From NCBI GenBank assembly GCA_963790025.1, contig CAWBMP010000004.1, positions 512,001-576,000 on the forward strand: DNA of 64,000 nucleotides, given 5' to 3'. The DNA is from Nitrospirota bacterium. Lineage in GTDB: Bacteria > Nitrospirota > Thermodesulfovibrionia > Thermodesulfovibrionales > Dissulfurispiraceae. This document shows positions 53,322-62,802 of this stretch, piece by piece. The position numbers and the translations under genes were made by a program. How positions within the stretch are numbered: position 1 is the stretch's first letter; the number at the start of each line of letters is the position of its first letter. The notes below the pieces were generated by a model. It was not told the DNA's origin, ran no database searches, and was given only the letters and a program-made list of their open reading frames with translations.

Positions 53322-53984
53322 ATGTCTAAATTGAGCAAGACAGTAGTAAGTTTAACGATATTTCTATTGTTAGCGGGGACCGCGCATGCTTATCAGCAAT
53401 TGGAGGGAGGTGTTGTATCATGGGTGACCACTGCTGAAAATACGAATACAGAAAACTACGGACCTCCTCAACAATATACAGCGCCGGCTCCTCCTCCCAC
53501 AGGAAACTACGGACCTCCTCAACAATATACAGCGCCAGCTCCTCCTCCGACAGGAAACTACGGACCTCCTCAACAATATACAGCGCCGGCTCCTCCTTCA
53601 ACAGGAAACTACGGACCTCCTCCGCAATATGCAGTGCCTGCTCCTCCTTCGGTGGTTGTAATACCCGGGACCTATGTATACGTTGTTCCTGATAGCAGAG
53701 TGCCAATTTTGTTTTATCACGGCAGCTGGTGGCGTCCCTTTGAAGGACGCTGGTACAGATCCAATTACTATAACGGACCGTGGTTCTATGTCAGACGTCG
53801 CGGCGTTCCCAGGGTTTTAATAACAATGCCGCCGGATTATTACTACAGCATACCACCCGGCAGCCCTTGGATACCCTATGTCGAGCTGAGAGATAATTGG
53901 GAGAGATGGGAAAGAGAGCGCCACTGGGACAGGCATGAAGAACGACGGGACGAGCACAGAGAAAGGCACTTTGACTATCGATAG
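53322..53984 (+). CDS. Exported Pro-rich repeat protein with Trp/Tyr-rich domain
   Basis: Signal peptide (AHA), four 17-aa repeats, YHGSWW...GRWY...YNGPW domain, Arg/Glu/His tail. Confidence 0.8.
   Translation: MSKLSKTVVSLTIFLLLAGTAHAYQQLEGGVVSWVTTAENTNTENYGPPQQYTAPAPPPTGNYGPPQQYTAPAPPPTGNYGPPQQYTAPAPPSTGNYGPPPQYAVPAPPSVVVIPGTYVYVVPDSRVPILFYHGSWWRPFEGRWYRSNYYNGPWFYVRRRGVPRVLITMPPDYYYSIPPGSPWIPYVELRDNWERWERERHWDRHEERRDEHRERHFDYR
53448..53651 (+). repeat. Four in-frame 51-bp tandem repeats (TGNYGPPQQYTAPAPPP)
   Basis: Direct reading of the sequence. Confidence 0.95.
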
Positions 53985-54099
53985 CCCGGTAATTTTCTTG
54001 CTTCAGGCGCCTGAAACAGGTTAAAATGTGGCGTCCTGGTAACAGGAGGCCGGAAGAGCAAAATCGTAATACCGGCAGACAATTAAATGGTAGTAAAAA

Positions 54100-54172
54100 G
54101 GGCGGTTAGCTCAGCTGGGAGAGCATCACGTTCGCAACGTGGGGGTCGAGGGTTCGAATCCCTTACCGTCCA
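54100..54172 (+). tRNA. tRNA-Ala(CGC), CCA not encoded
   Basis: Cloverleaf; anticodon loop TT-CGC-AA; G3:U70 pair; GGTTCGAATCC T-arm. Confidence 0.96.
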
Positions 54173-54245
54173 TTTTCCTTTTCTTGCGGTTTCAAGAAGT
54201 TGTATTTGACAAACTGTTTTGGCAATAGGCCGACGTTCGTTTAAA

Positions 54246-54731
54246 TCAATACTCTTCCAGATGGTACCACTCGGGGTTTTCGAGCCAGGTCTGCGGACGG
54301 GAAACGAAGTTGATTATCTCTTCCAATATGAAATAATGTTTTTTTTCTTCATCAGCGATCCTGATAAATATCTCTTTTTGAACAGGACCTTTAACTTTAT
54401 CCGCCTGTTGCAGATAAAAGTCCCTTGAATTTTTCTCTATCTCCTGGGCTCTTTTATACTGTTCCGTATGAGTGATATGCACATCTATATTTTTTTCTTC
54501 AGCTCTCATCTTTACAAAGATATTATTAACCTGCAACAAAATTTTTGTGTCGGATACATGGACTTCTTCATTGTCTTTCATCTTCCTGAAAATATTGTAA
54601 TGGACCGCCTCTGCCTCCGCAAGCATGGTCAATATGTTTCTGATCCCCGTGTTCATTGTCATCTTCGCCAACTCACGGTAATAGTTCTCACCGTCCTTCT
54701 CCATCTTCATTGCAAATTCGTATATATTCAT
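54246..54731 (-). CDS. Rubrerythrin/ferritin-like diiron protein
   Basis: E...Y, EAVH, E...FY, EEKKH. Confidence 0.88.
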   Translation of the reverse strand: MNIYEFAMKMEKDGENYYRELAKMTMNTGIRNILTMLAEAEAVHYNIFRKMKDNEEVHVSDTKILLQVNNIFVKMRAEEKNIDVHITHTEQYKRAQEIEKNSRDFYLQQADKVKGPVQKEIFIRIADEEKKHYFILEEIINFVSRPQTWLENPEWYHLEEY

Positions 54732-54802
54732 CGGGACCTTCCTTTCATTTAAAAAAACCTATAGCCTATTGCCGGTAGCCTATAACCCGTATGTATCATA
54801 TA

Positions 54803-57800
54803 TTATTCTTCGAGGACCCATTTCGCCATGTGTTTCAGATACTGCCATCTTCTTTTAACGTCTGCCTCAGCCTGTTTCATGAGGGCAGCCGCCAATTCCG
54901 GATTGCTCGCACTCAAGGCCCTGTAACGGTTCTCATTATATGCATACTCCTCGAAGGAGATCGTCGGCTCCTTGCTGTCGATAACAAGCGGGCTCTTGCC
55001 CTGGTATTCCAGTTCAGGGTTATACCGGTAGAGGGGCCAGTGGCCGCAAGCAACCGCCCTTCTCTGTTCTTCTATACCCTTGCTCATATCGATTCCCTGG
55101 GCTATGCAGGTAGAGTAGGCTACAATTAATGAGGGGCCGTTGTACGCCTCGGCCTCAATTAACGCCTTCACCGCATGGGCAGGATTTGCACCGAACGCAA
55201 TTTGAGCGACGTACACGTTTCCATACGACGCCATAATGAGACCGATGTTCTTTTTCGGCGTCCGCTTCCCGCCGGCCGCAAATTGAGCGGTAGCGGCAAG
55301 GGGCGTAGACTTTGACATCTGTCCTCCCGTGTTGGAGTAGACCTCGGTGTCGAGGATCAGAATGTTGACGTTTTTACCCAGTGCCACGACCTGGTCGAGC
55401 CCTCCGTAACCGATGTCGTAGGCCCACCCGTCTCCGCCGACCGCCCATACGGATTTATTTACGAGGTAATCGGCCAGGGACAACAGGCTCTTTGCTTCCG
55501 GCGAACTGTCTTTCGAGAGTATCTCTTTAAGCTCCAGAACACGGACCCTCTGTTCTTCTATCATTTCCTGTTTCGTCTGATCGGCATTTTTAATGGAATC
55601 GAAGAGTTCACGTGTGCCGGCATATGCGGTATTCCTGGCGAGTTTCTCAATCAGTTCCAAAGCCTGGGACCTGAACTTGTCCACCGTCAGCTTCATTCCA
55701 AACCCGAATTCGGCGTTGTCTTCGAACAGGGAATTCGACCATGCAGGACCTCTGCCATCGGCACGTTTTGCATACGGGGTAGTCGGCAGGTTGCCGCCGT
55801 AAATTGACGAACATCCCGTAGCATTGGCAATTAATAAGCGGTCGCCGAAAAGCTGAGTAAGCAGTTTCAGGTACGGCGTTTCCCCGCACCCTGCACATGC
55901 TCCGCTATACTCGAAAAGCGGCTTCACTAACTGGCTGCCCTTAACTGTCGATATGCTGTACCGGGAAGGGTCTGTCTCAGGAAGGCCGAGGAAGAATGAG
56001 TAATACCCCGCCTCCCGTGCCCTAAGCGGCTCCTGGAAAACCATGTTGATGGCCTTGAAACCGGGGACCCTATTGCCTTCAGCGTCTTTTTTGAAGCCTG
56101 GACACATGAACACGCAGGAACCGCAGCCGGTGCAGTCCTCGGGTGCTACCTGTACGGTGAATTTCAGTCCCGCCAGTTCCTTTCCCTTGGCATCGACAGA
56201 CCTGAACCCTGAAGGTGCATCTTTCAGCAGGGCCGGGTCGTAGGCCTTAATTCTTATCGTTGCGTGCGGGCAGACAAATGAGCACTGGCCGCACTGGATG
56301 CAGATATCGGGCTCCCAAACCGGTATATGGACGCCGATGTTCCGCTTTTCGTACTGCGTGGTACCAGTCGGCCATGTTCCGTCTGCAGGCATGTCTGAAA
56401 CACATATGCCATCGCCCTTGCCTGCGAGCATTTGAGAAGTAACCTTCCTGATAAACTCCGGCGCGTTATCGGGAACCGGCAGCTTTAGCCATGTCGAGCT
56501 CGTGACCTTTTCAGGGACAGGCACCTGAACTATGTTTTCGAGGGCCTTATCGACCGCGGCATAGTTCATCTTGATCACCTGCTCCCCTTTCTTCATGTAA
56601 GTCTTTTTGATTTCAGCCTTAATCGCCCGGATCGCCTCCTCTCTTGGAATAATCCCCGAGATCACAAAGAAGGCGGTCTGCATGATCATATTGATCCTTC
56701 CCCCCAGGCCAAGCTCCTCTGCGAGCGATATTGCGTCGATGATGTAGAACTTCATATGTCTCTGAATGAGGGTCTCCTGGACCTCAGCCGGCAAGGTGTC
56801 CCATATCTTGTCCCTGCTGTGCGGCGTGGCAAGAAGGAAGGTCGCACCCTCCTCCGCACGGGAGAGCATATCGTATTTCTCGACAAACGCCGGATTGTGG
56901 CATGCGATGAAATCGGCCTTAGTCAGGGAATAGGGAAAGAGTATCTTCTCTTTGTTGAAACGAAGATGAGACACGGTCATTGAGCCGGACTTCTTGGAAT
57001 CATAGGTGAAATAACCCTGGGCATAGTTGTCGGTAACTTCGCCGATTATTTTTATTGTATTCTTGTTCGCCCCGACTGTACCATCGGAACCAAGCCCGTA
57101 GAACATGGCACGGTAAGAGCCCAACCCCCGAATGATAAATGAAGGGTCGTATGCGAGGCTGGTCCCGATGACATCGTCGTTTATGCCGATAGTAAAATGG
57201 TTCTTTGGCTCGGTCAATGCAAGGTTGTCGAAGACCGCCTTTGCCATCGCAGGCGTGAACTCCTTCGAACCAAGACCGTAACGTCCTCCTACAATCCGGT
57301 GCGGATACTTTTTGAACCGCGCCGTCCCGCGCTCCATCGCCTCACCTATTGCAGTCCTGACGTCCAAGTAGAGGGGTTCACCAATCGCGCCGGGCTCCTT
57401 TGTACGGTCCAGGACAGCCATCGTTTTCACGCTGGCAGGAAGAGTCCGGACAAAGCTGTCGGTATCAAAGGGCCTGAAAAGCCTCACCTGGACCAGTCCC
57501 AGCTTTTCCCCTTTCGCGTTCAGGGCGTTGATTGTGGTGAGCACAGTTTCACCGCCCGATCCTAATATCACAATCACCCGCTCGGCTTCAGGGTCACCGT
57601 AATAATCGAAAAGGTGATACTGTCTCCCTACTATTCCAGCAAACTTGTCCATGGTCTTCTGCACAATTGCGGGGGTGGCATTGTAAAACTTATTAACCGT
57701 TTCCCTGCCCTGGAAATAGACATCCGGGTTCTGTGCCGTGCCGCGCAGCATAGGACGGTCGGGGGTAAGCGCCCTCATGCGGTGTGCGCGAACAAGGTCG

Positions 57801-58390
57801 TCGTCTATCATGGCCCTCATATCGTCAAAGGTCAACTCCTCGACCTTCTGGATCTCATGGGATGTTCTGAACCCGTCAAAGAAGTGAACGAAAGGGACCC
57901 TCGATTCAAGGGTTGCGGCCTGAGAGATGAGCGCAAAGTCCATCACCTCCTGGACGTCCCGGGAACACAGCATTGCAAAACCTGTGGCGCGCGTCGCCAT
58001 AACATCCGAATGGTCTCCGAAGATACTGAGCGCCTGGGCTGCAAGGGCGCGGGCCGTTACATGAAATACCGTCGGCGTGAGTTCTCCCGCTATTTTGTAC
58101 ATGTTCGGCATGATCAAAAGAAGGCCCTGGGAAGCGGAAGTCGTCGTGGTCAAGGCCCCGGTGGTAAGAGAACCGTGGACCGAACCCGCAACACCGGCTT
58201 CCGACTGCATCTGGCTCACCAGAGGAACAGACCCCCATATATTCACCATGCCGGCGGCAGATTTCGCATCGCATATCTCTGCAATGGGGGAAGAAGGGGT
58301 TATCGGGTAAATTGTTATTATCTCATTGGTAGCATGCGCCACATGTGCGCATGCTGTACAGCCATCAACAGTCACCATTCGCCTGCTCAT
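54803..58390 (-). CDS. nifJ: Pyruvate:ferredoxin (flavodoxin) oxidoreductase
   Basis: YPITPS, GLGSDGTVGANK, CIQCGQCSFVCP, GACAGCGE, GGDGWAYDIG. Confidence 0.97.
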   Translation of the reverse strand: MSRRMVTVDGCTACAHVAHATNEIITIYPITPSSPIAEICDAKSAAGMVNIWGSVPLVSQMQSEAGVAGSVHGSLTTGALTTTTSASQGLLLIMPNMYKIAGELTPTVFHVTARALAAQALSIFGDHSDVMATRATGFAMLCSRDVQEVMDFALISQAATLESRVPFVHFFDGFRTSHEIQKVEELTFDDMRAMIDDDLVRAHRMRALTPDRPMLRGTAQNPDVYFQGRETVNKFYNATPAIVQKTMDKFAGIVGRQYHLFDYYGDPEAERVIVILGSGGETVLTTINALNAKGEKLGLVQVRLFRPFDTDSFVRTLPASVKTMAVLDRTKEPGAIGEPLYLDVRTAIGEAMERGTARFKKYPHRIVGGRYGLGSKEFTPAMAKAVFDNLALTEPKNHFTIGINDDVIGTSLAYDPSFIIRGLGSYRAMFYGLGSDGTVGANKNTIKIIGEVTDNYAQGYFTYDSKKSGSMTVSHLRFNKEKILFPYSLTKADFIACHNPAFVEKYDMLSRAEEGATFLLATPHSRDKIWDTLPAEVQETLIQRHMKFYIIDAISLAEELGLGGRINMIMQTAFFVISGIIPREEAIRAIKAEIKKTYMKKGEQVIKMNYAAVDKALENIVQVPVPEKVTSSTWLKLPVPDNAPEFIRKVTSQMLAGKGDGICVSDMPADGTWPTGTTQYEKRNIGVHIPVWEPDICIQCGQCSFVCPHATIRIKAYDPALLKDAPSGFRSVDAKGKELAGLKFTVQVAPEDCTGCGSCVFMCPGFKKDAEGNRVPGFKAINMVFQEPLRAREAGYYSFFLGLPETDPSRYSISTVKGSQLVKPLFEYSGACAGCGETPYLKLLTQLFGDRLLIANATGCSSIYGGNLPTTPYAKRADGRGPAWSNSLFEDNAEFGFGMKLTVDKFRSQALELIEKLARNTAYAGTRELFDSIKNADQTKQEMIEEQRVRVLELKEILSKDSSPEAKSLLSLADYLVNKSVWAVGGDGWAYDIGYGGLDQVVALGKNVNILILDTEVYSNTGGQMSKSTPLAATAQFAAGGKRTPKKNIGLIMASYGNVYVAQIAFGANPAHAVKALIEAEAYNGPSLIVAYSTCIAQGIDMSKGIEEQRRAVACGHWPLYRYNPELEYQGKSPLVIDSKEPTISFEEYAYNENRYRALSASNPELAAALMKQAEADVKRRWQYLKHMAKWVLEE

Positions 58391-58397
58391 AGGAAAA

Positions 58398-58426
58398 ATT
58401 ATCACACTTTACAGATGTCCTGTCAA
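58398..58426 (-). promoter_or_regulatory. sigma70-type promoter, probably leaderless, for nifJ
   Basis: TTGACA-17 nt-GATAAT (with TG extension) ending 7 nt before ATG; no SD. Confidence 0.6.
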
Positions 58427-58428
58427 GG

Positions 58429-58607
58429 TATATGGCAGTTGGTCAGTTTGTTTTTGCTCTGGATCACCTGGGTTCTCAGCAGTGGGGCGGTAAAGCCCGC
58501 CCCACATATCGAGAAAGGGCTGCCAAAGTAATCTTCCGTACATGTTAGTATTGGAAGCGAAAGACTATTTGATCCAGAGCAAAAACAAACTGACCAACTG
58601 CCATATA
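58429..58607. mobile_element. MITE-like element with 38-bp perfect terminal inverted repeats
   Basis: 58429-58466 is the exact reverse complement of 58570-58607; partial copies at 48471-48542 and 42714-42729. Confidence 0.7.
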
Positions 58608-58694
58608 TACGAATGGTGGATTGTTGGTAATTCTTGTGATAGAGTTTGAGTAAAGGGAAGCAGTACGTCGCAACCCACGTTAAAGGAGAAAACA

Positions 58695-59714
58695 ATGAGA
58701 GTTTTTGAGATCAAAGACACTTTTGGCATCGATAACCTGGTGCTTTCCGAGCGTCCGGAACCCTCCCCCGGCCATGGTCAGATAATTGTAAAAGTCCGGG
58801 CAGTGTCCCTCAACTACCGCGATATTCTTGTCATAAAAGGCCTTTATAATCCGAAAATCCCTTTACCTCTTATTCCCTTCTCGGACGGAGCGGGAGATGT
58901 CGTCTACGTTGGCGATGGGGTCAAACGCATAAAAATTGGCGACCGCGTCGCCGGTATATTCATGCAGAATTGGCTGGCTGGCAAAGTGTCCGAGGCCAAA
59001 ACCAAACCGGCGTTGGGCGGAGACGTCGATGGGATGCTGGCCGAGTACGTTGTACTCCATGAAGACGGTGTAGTGCAGATCCCGGAGCACCTTACTTACG
59101 AAGAAGCGGCCACACTGCCATGTGCGGCAGTCACTGCCTGGCATGCAGTCATCGAGAACGAATTGAAACCCGGAGAAAGTATACTCTCACTTGGCACCGG
59201 CGGGGTTTCATTGTTTGCCCTGCAGTTCGCTCGCATGGCCGGGGCAAGGGTGATCATCACTTCAAGCAGCGAGGAAAAACTGGCAAGGGCCAGGAAACTG
59301 GGCGCAACGGATTGCATCAACTATCGGTCTGTCCCCGACTGGTCCGGTCAGGTTCGTGTGCTCACCAATGGAACTGGAGTTGATCTTGTTGTTGAAGTTG
59401 GGGGCGCCGGTACACTGCCGCAATCACTCAGGGCAGTGCGCACGGGAGGACGAATAAGCCTGATCGGGGTATTGAGCGGAACTGCGGGGGAGTTTAATCC
59501 GCTTCCGATTATCATGAAGAATATCCGCATGCAGGGAATCTTCGTCGGCTCGCGCGAGATGTTCGAAGCCATGAACCGGGCCATCAGCATTCATCAGCTT
59601 CATCCGGTTGTAGATCGTGTGTTTCCCTTTGAGGAAACCAAAGAGGCGCTGCGGTATATGGAGAGTGCCGCGCATTTCGGCAAAATCTGCATAAGGATGC
59701 AGCAGCCAGTGTAA
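58695..59714 (+). CDS. NAD(P)-dependent medium-chain dehydrogenase/reductase (quinone oxidoreductase-like)
   Basis: SLNYRD, SDGAG, LPCAAVTAW, GTGGVS, HFGKI. Confidence 0.92.
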   Translation: MRVFEIKDTFGIDNLVLSERPEPSPGHGQIIVKVRAVSLNYRDILVIKGLYNPKIPLPLIPFSDGAGDVVYVGDGVKRIKIGDRVAGIFMQNWLAGKVSEAKTKPALGGDVDGMLAEYVVLHEDGVVQIPEHLTYEEAATLPCAAVTAWHAVIENELKPGESILSLGTGGVSLFALQFARMAGARVIITSSSEEKLARARKLGATDCINYRSVPDWSGQVRVLTNGTGVDLVVEVGGAGTLPQSLRAVRTGGRISLIGVLSGTAGEFNPLPIIMKNIRMQGIFVGSREMFEAMNRAISIHQLHPVVDRVFPFEETKEALRYMESAAHFGKICIRMQQPV

Positions 59715-59715
59715 G

Positions 59716-59902
59716 AAGTGTAATGAAGGACATGTCTCTGGAGCGAATCGCGGAGTCTTGGTAACAGTTCTCGGCGAGTGAGCGTTAAGCAGGCGCGAAA
59801 CTGAAGCCCGAAGAGCTGAATTTTGCGCCTGTAGCGAAGCGAGCTGTTAGAACTGTCAAGACGCAGCGTCTGAGCGGAAGAGATATGTCCTTCATTACAC
59901 TT
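59716..59902. mobile_element. Nested palindromic MITE/REP-like element
   Basis: 23/24-bp terminal inverted repeat with inner stems ACAGTTCT/AGAACTGT and CAGGCGCGAAA/TTTTGCGCCTG. Confidence 0.6.
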
Positions 59903-59914
59903 TTCATTGAAGGT

Positions 59915-60676
59915 TTAAATCCCTAATATATCAGTCGCCTTATGGCGGCCGGCGACGTGGAGCGGGAGGTTGTTGTTCAATAAATTGCGATGGGTCTGCA
60001 ACGCCAAATACGGGTTGTTATTATGCTCGGAAAGATGGGCAAGGCATGCCCATTTCAGGCGATTGCCTGATTTCAGCAGGTGAGCTGCATCAAGGTTTGA
60101 GATGTGTCCGCCCGGGCCCTGTATACGGCGCTTTAAGAATTCAGGATACGGCCCGCGGGCAAGCATTCCGGGGTCGTAATTACTTTCGATGAATACGGCA
60201 TCAAGCGATGCGATAACATCAGCGAGTTCTTCAAAGGCATGCCCCAGGTCGGTCAATATGCCAAGTCGTTTCCCGCCGCAGGCGACCACAAAAGCAGATC
60301 CGTCCACACTGTCATGGGGTGTAGGGATTGTACGGACGGACACTCCTCCGAATACAAGGGTCCCCCCCGAAAAGAAAAAATGTACATCGTCCAGCCGCCC
60401 CAGCCTATGTCTCTTCTCGGATATGTCCAGCGTGCCAGGTGTCATATAGAGGGGCAGCTTGTATTTTCTTTGATAGACCCCGGCAAAACGGACATGGTCC
60501 GCGTGGTCGTGTGATATGATTACCGCATCGATGTCTCTGATATTGCGCCCATGGCTTGCGAGCCTGCGTTCCGCATCAGCCCCGCATATTCCGGCGTCAA
60601 ACAAAAGCCTGATGCCGCCTGTCTCTATATAAATACAGTTGCCATTGCTCCCCGATTGAAGCGAGATCGCAATCAT
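59915..60676 (-). CDS. Metallo-beta-lactamase-fold hydrolase (YycJ-like)
   Basis: SGSNGN, SHDHADH, TDLG, ESNYD, GHISN, HLSE.NN. Confidence 0.9.
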   Translation of the reverse strand: MIAISLQSGSNGNCIYIETGGIRLLFDAGICGADAERRLASHGRNIRDIDAVIISHDHADHVRFAGVYQRKYKLPLYMTPGTLDISEKRHRLGRLDDVHFFFSGGTLVFGGVSVRTIPTPHDSVDGSAFVVACGGKRLGILTDLGHAFEELADVIASLDAVFIESNYDPGMLARGPYPEFLKRRIQGPGGHISNLDAAHLLKSGNRLKWACLAHLSEHNNNPYLALQTHRNLLNNNLPLHVAGRHKATDILGI

Positions 60677-60685
60677 TCCCGTGGG

Positions 60686-61561
60686 TTAAAACTTGAAGAG
60701 ATGAATCATTTTGGACTTGTCCACCCTTTTCAACTTGATACCATCCTCTTTAATCTCTATCACCTCAAGCTTGTAAAGCCCGCCTACTGCCTTCTTGAAA
60801 GTTTTTTTACTCATGTGTACCATCTCCCGTATCTGTCCGGGTTCAGAATGATCTCCAAGCGGCAGAAAACCGCGATGTTCCTTCAATGCCTTTAGGATAA
60901 CATCCTTGGCCTGCTCAAGGTCTGCAGGTCCTGCTTTGCCAAGCATGACATCTATTTTCCCGTCAGGCCTTATCCTGTTTACAAATCCTTCGGCTTTATC
61001 ACCGATATGGAGTTTTTCGAATACCTCGTTTTTGTACAGCATACCGAAGTATCTGTTATTAATAATGACCTTTATTCCGTAGTCGGTAAAACGGTAGACC
61101 AGAAGCGAAACATTTTCTCCTTGACGAAGGGCGCTTGTGTCCTCTTCTATAAACTTCCTGATTTTTGCTGTTGCCGCTATTCGCTGCGTACGCTCATCGA
61201 GAAAAATCCCGACAATGTATTTTTTCCCTACTTCCATTTTTTCGGATTGCTCACTGTATGGTACAAGAAGGTCTTTTTGAATCCCCCAATCCAGAAACGC
61301 TCCGGCCCTCGTTACCGAGACTACTTTAAGGTAAGCAAATTCACCTGCAACAGCGGCGGGCGACAGCGTTGTTGCAATCAGCTTGTCTTCAGAATCCCTG
61401 TATACGAATACCCGCACTCTGTCCCCTGCACTGGCCCCTTGCGGGACATACTTGCGGGGCAGTAGAATTTCGCCGGCATCGGAACCGAGGTAAGCGCCGC
61501 CGGCAGTCTCGCGCTCTATTTCCAGTTCGTTAAACTTGCCTGTTTCAAGATGGGCCTGCAT
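60686..61561 (-). CDS. CvfB/YitL S1 RNA-binding protein
   Basis: GAFLDWG..KDLLVP, SKKTFKKAVG.LYK. Confidence 0.9.
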   Translation of the reverse strand: MQAHLETGKFNELEIERETAGGAYLGSDAGEILLPRKYVPQGASAGDRVRVFVYRDSEDKLIATTLSPAAVAGEFAYLKVVSVTRAGAFLDWGIQKDLLVPYSEQSEKMEVGKKYIVGIFLDERTQRIAATAKIRKFIEEDTSALRQGENVSLLVYRFTDYGIKVIINNRYFGMLYKNEVFEKLHIGDKAEGFVNRIRPDGKIDVMLGKAGPADLEQAKDVILKALKEHRGFLPLGDHSEPGQIREMVHMSKKTFKKAVGGLYKLEVIEIKEDGIKLKRVDKSKMIHLFKF

Positions 61562-61719
61562 GCTTTCTATACTCACATACCGTAAAAGAATATTACAAGT
61601 ACGTGAAACGTAACGGCTTCGATGCGTGAGAGTAAACATAAGTTCCGGGATGTGTCGGGAATGGTATATAATATATAAGCAAAGATATTGATATCAGGTA
61701 TCTGTGTGGGAGGAGTTCG

Positions 61720-62724
61720 ATGAAAAAAATAATTGCTATTCTGGCGGTGTTTTTCTTTATGGCCTCCGGCCTGGAGGTCTTCGGGGCCACAGATGCCCAA
61801 ATAGGCGGCACTGAAAATGCCCGCTACTTTGTCGACGGACTAAAATATCGCGGGGAAGGAAATTGCGAGGACGCGGTAAAGAGTTATCAAATTGCCAAAG
61901 AGCTCAAACAGTTCAAAGAAGACTGGATATATTATCTTGCGGTTGCCGATTGTTTCGTAGCTCTGAAGCGACTTGATGATGCAATAGATGCATATACAAA
62001 AGTAATTGACTCCACCCAAAACAGGACTTTGCAGAAAGAGATGTACAAGGGAAGGGCAAAGGCGTACTATTTAAAAGGCGCGCGTCCGGACACTCTGGAC
62101 ATGAAACTGGTAGACCTTGCAAGAAAAGATATGGACCTTGCAAGAAGCCTGGGCGCCGATGTTTCGGACCTGGAGAAGACTATTGCGGAAGATATAGAGA
62201 CAAAACCTGCACGGGCGGATGCGGAGGAGGGAAAGATTGTCATAACCGATAAGCCGGTATCTGTCGTGGAAGGTCCTGGCAAACTGGTTGTCGGCGACGG
62301 CGACTATGTCCTTTACATCTCCAGGGACACAAGAATAAATGACCAAAAAGGCATGGCGATTCAGGCCTCTGACATCAAACCGGGAGATCTCATTGATTTT
62401 TCATTTATTATGTCCTACCGGAACAAGGCTGACGGCATGACTAATCTCACGGCAAAAACAATCACCCTGCACCGTAACGCGGCACTCAACCCATCAGTAA
62501 AAGAGGAAAGACAGCCGAGCAGCACTGAGATGCTCATTCTCTCAGAGCTGACCACACTGGCCGCTGAAATAAGAGACCTGAAAGAGAACCAGGCGATGGC
62601 CCGAAAGGAAGCCGAAATCAAAACCTTAAAAAAAGAGACCCCGAAAAAACATCGCGTCAGGAAGAAAAAAGTCGAAGGGAATATGGCCAAACCTGTAATA
62701 AACAATCCTGCACCCAAGCCGTAG
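61720..62724 (+). CDS. Exported TPR-repeat protein
   Basis: Signal peptide, TPR-like helices, basic tail; RBS GGAGGAG. Confidence 0.75.
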   Translation: MKKIIAILAVFFFMASGLEVFGATDAQIGGTENARYFVDGLKYRGEGNCEDAVKSYQIAKELKQFKEDWIYYLAVADCFVALKRLDDAIDAYTKVIDSTQNRTLQKEMYKGRAKAYYLKGARPDTLDMKLVDLARKDMDLARSLGADVSDLEKTIAEDIETKPARADAEEGKIVITDKPVSVVEGPGKLVVGDGDYVLYISRDTRINDQKGMAIQASDIKPGDLIDFSFIMSYRNKADGMTNLTAKTITLHRNAALNPSVKEERQPSSTEMLILSELTTLAAEIRDLKENQAMARKEAEIKTLKKETPKKHRVRKKKVEGNMAKPVINNPAPKP

Positions 62725-62802
62725 GCAGTGAAGCCGAGTAAGCAATAGGGAGTAGGCAGTAAGCAGAAAAAGAATACCATAAAAAGGAGAAGTTAAATCA
62801 TC

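Noticed and set aside
53448..53651. CRISPR array
   Set aside because: No unique spacers, repeats are in-frame coding, and there are no cas genes
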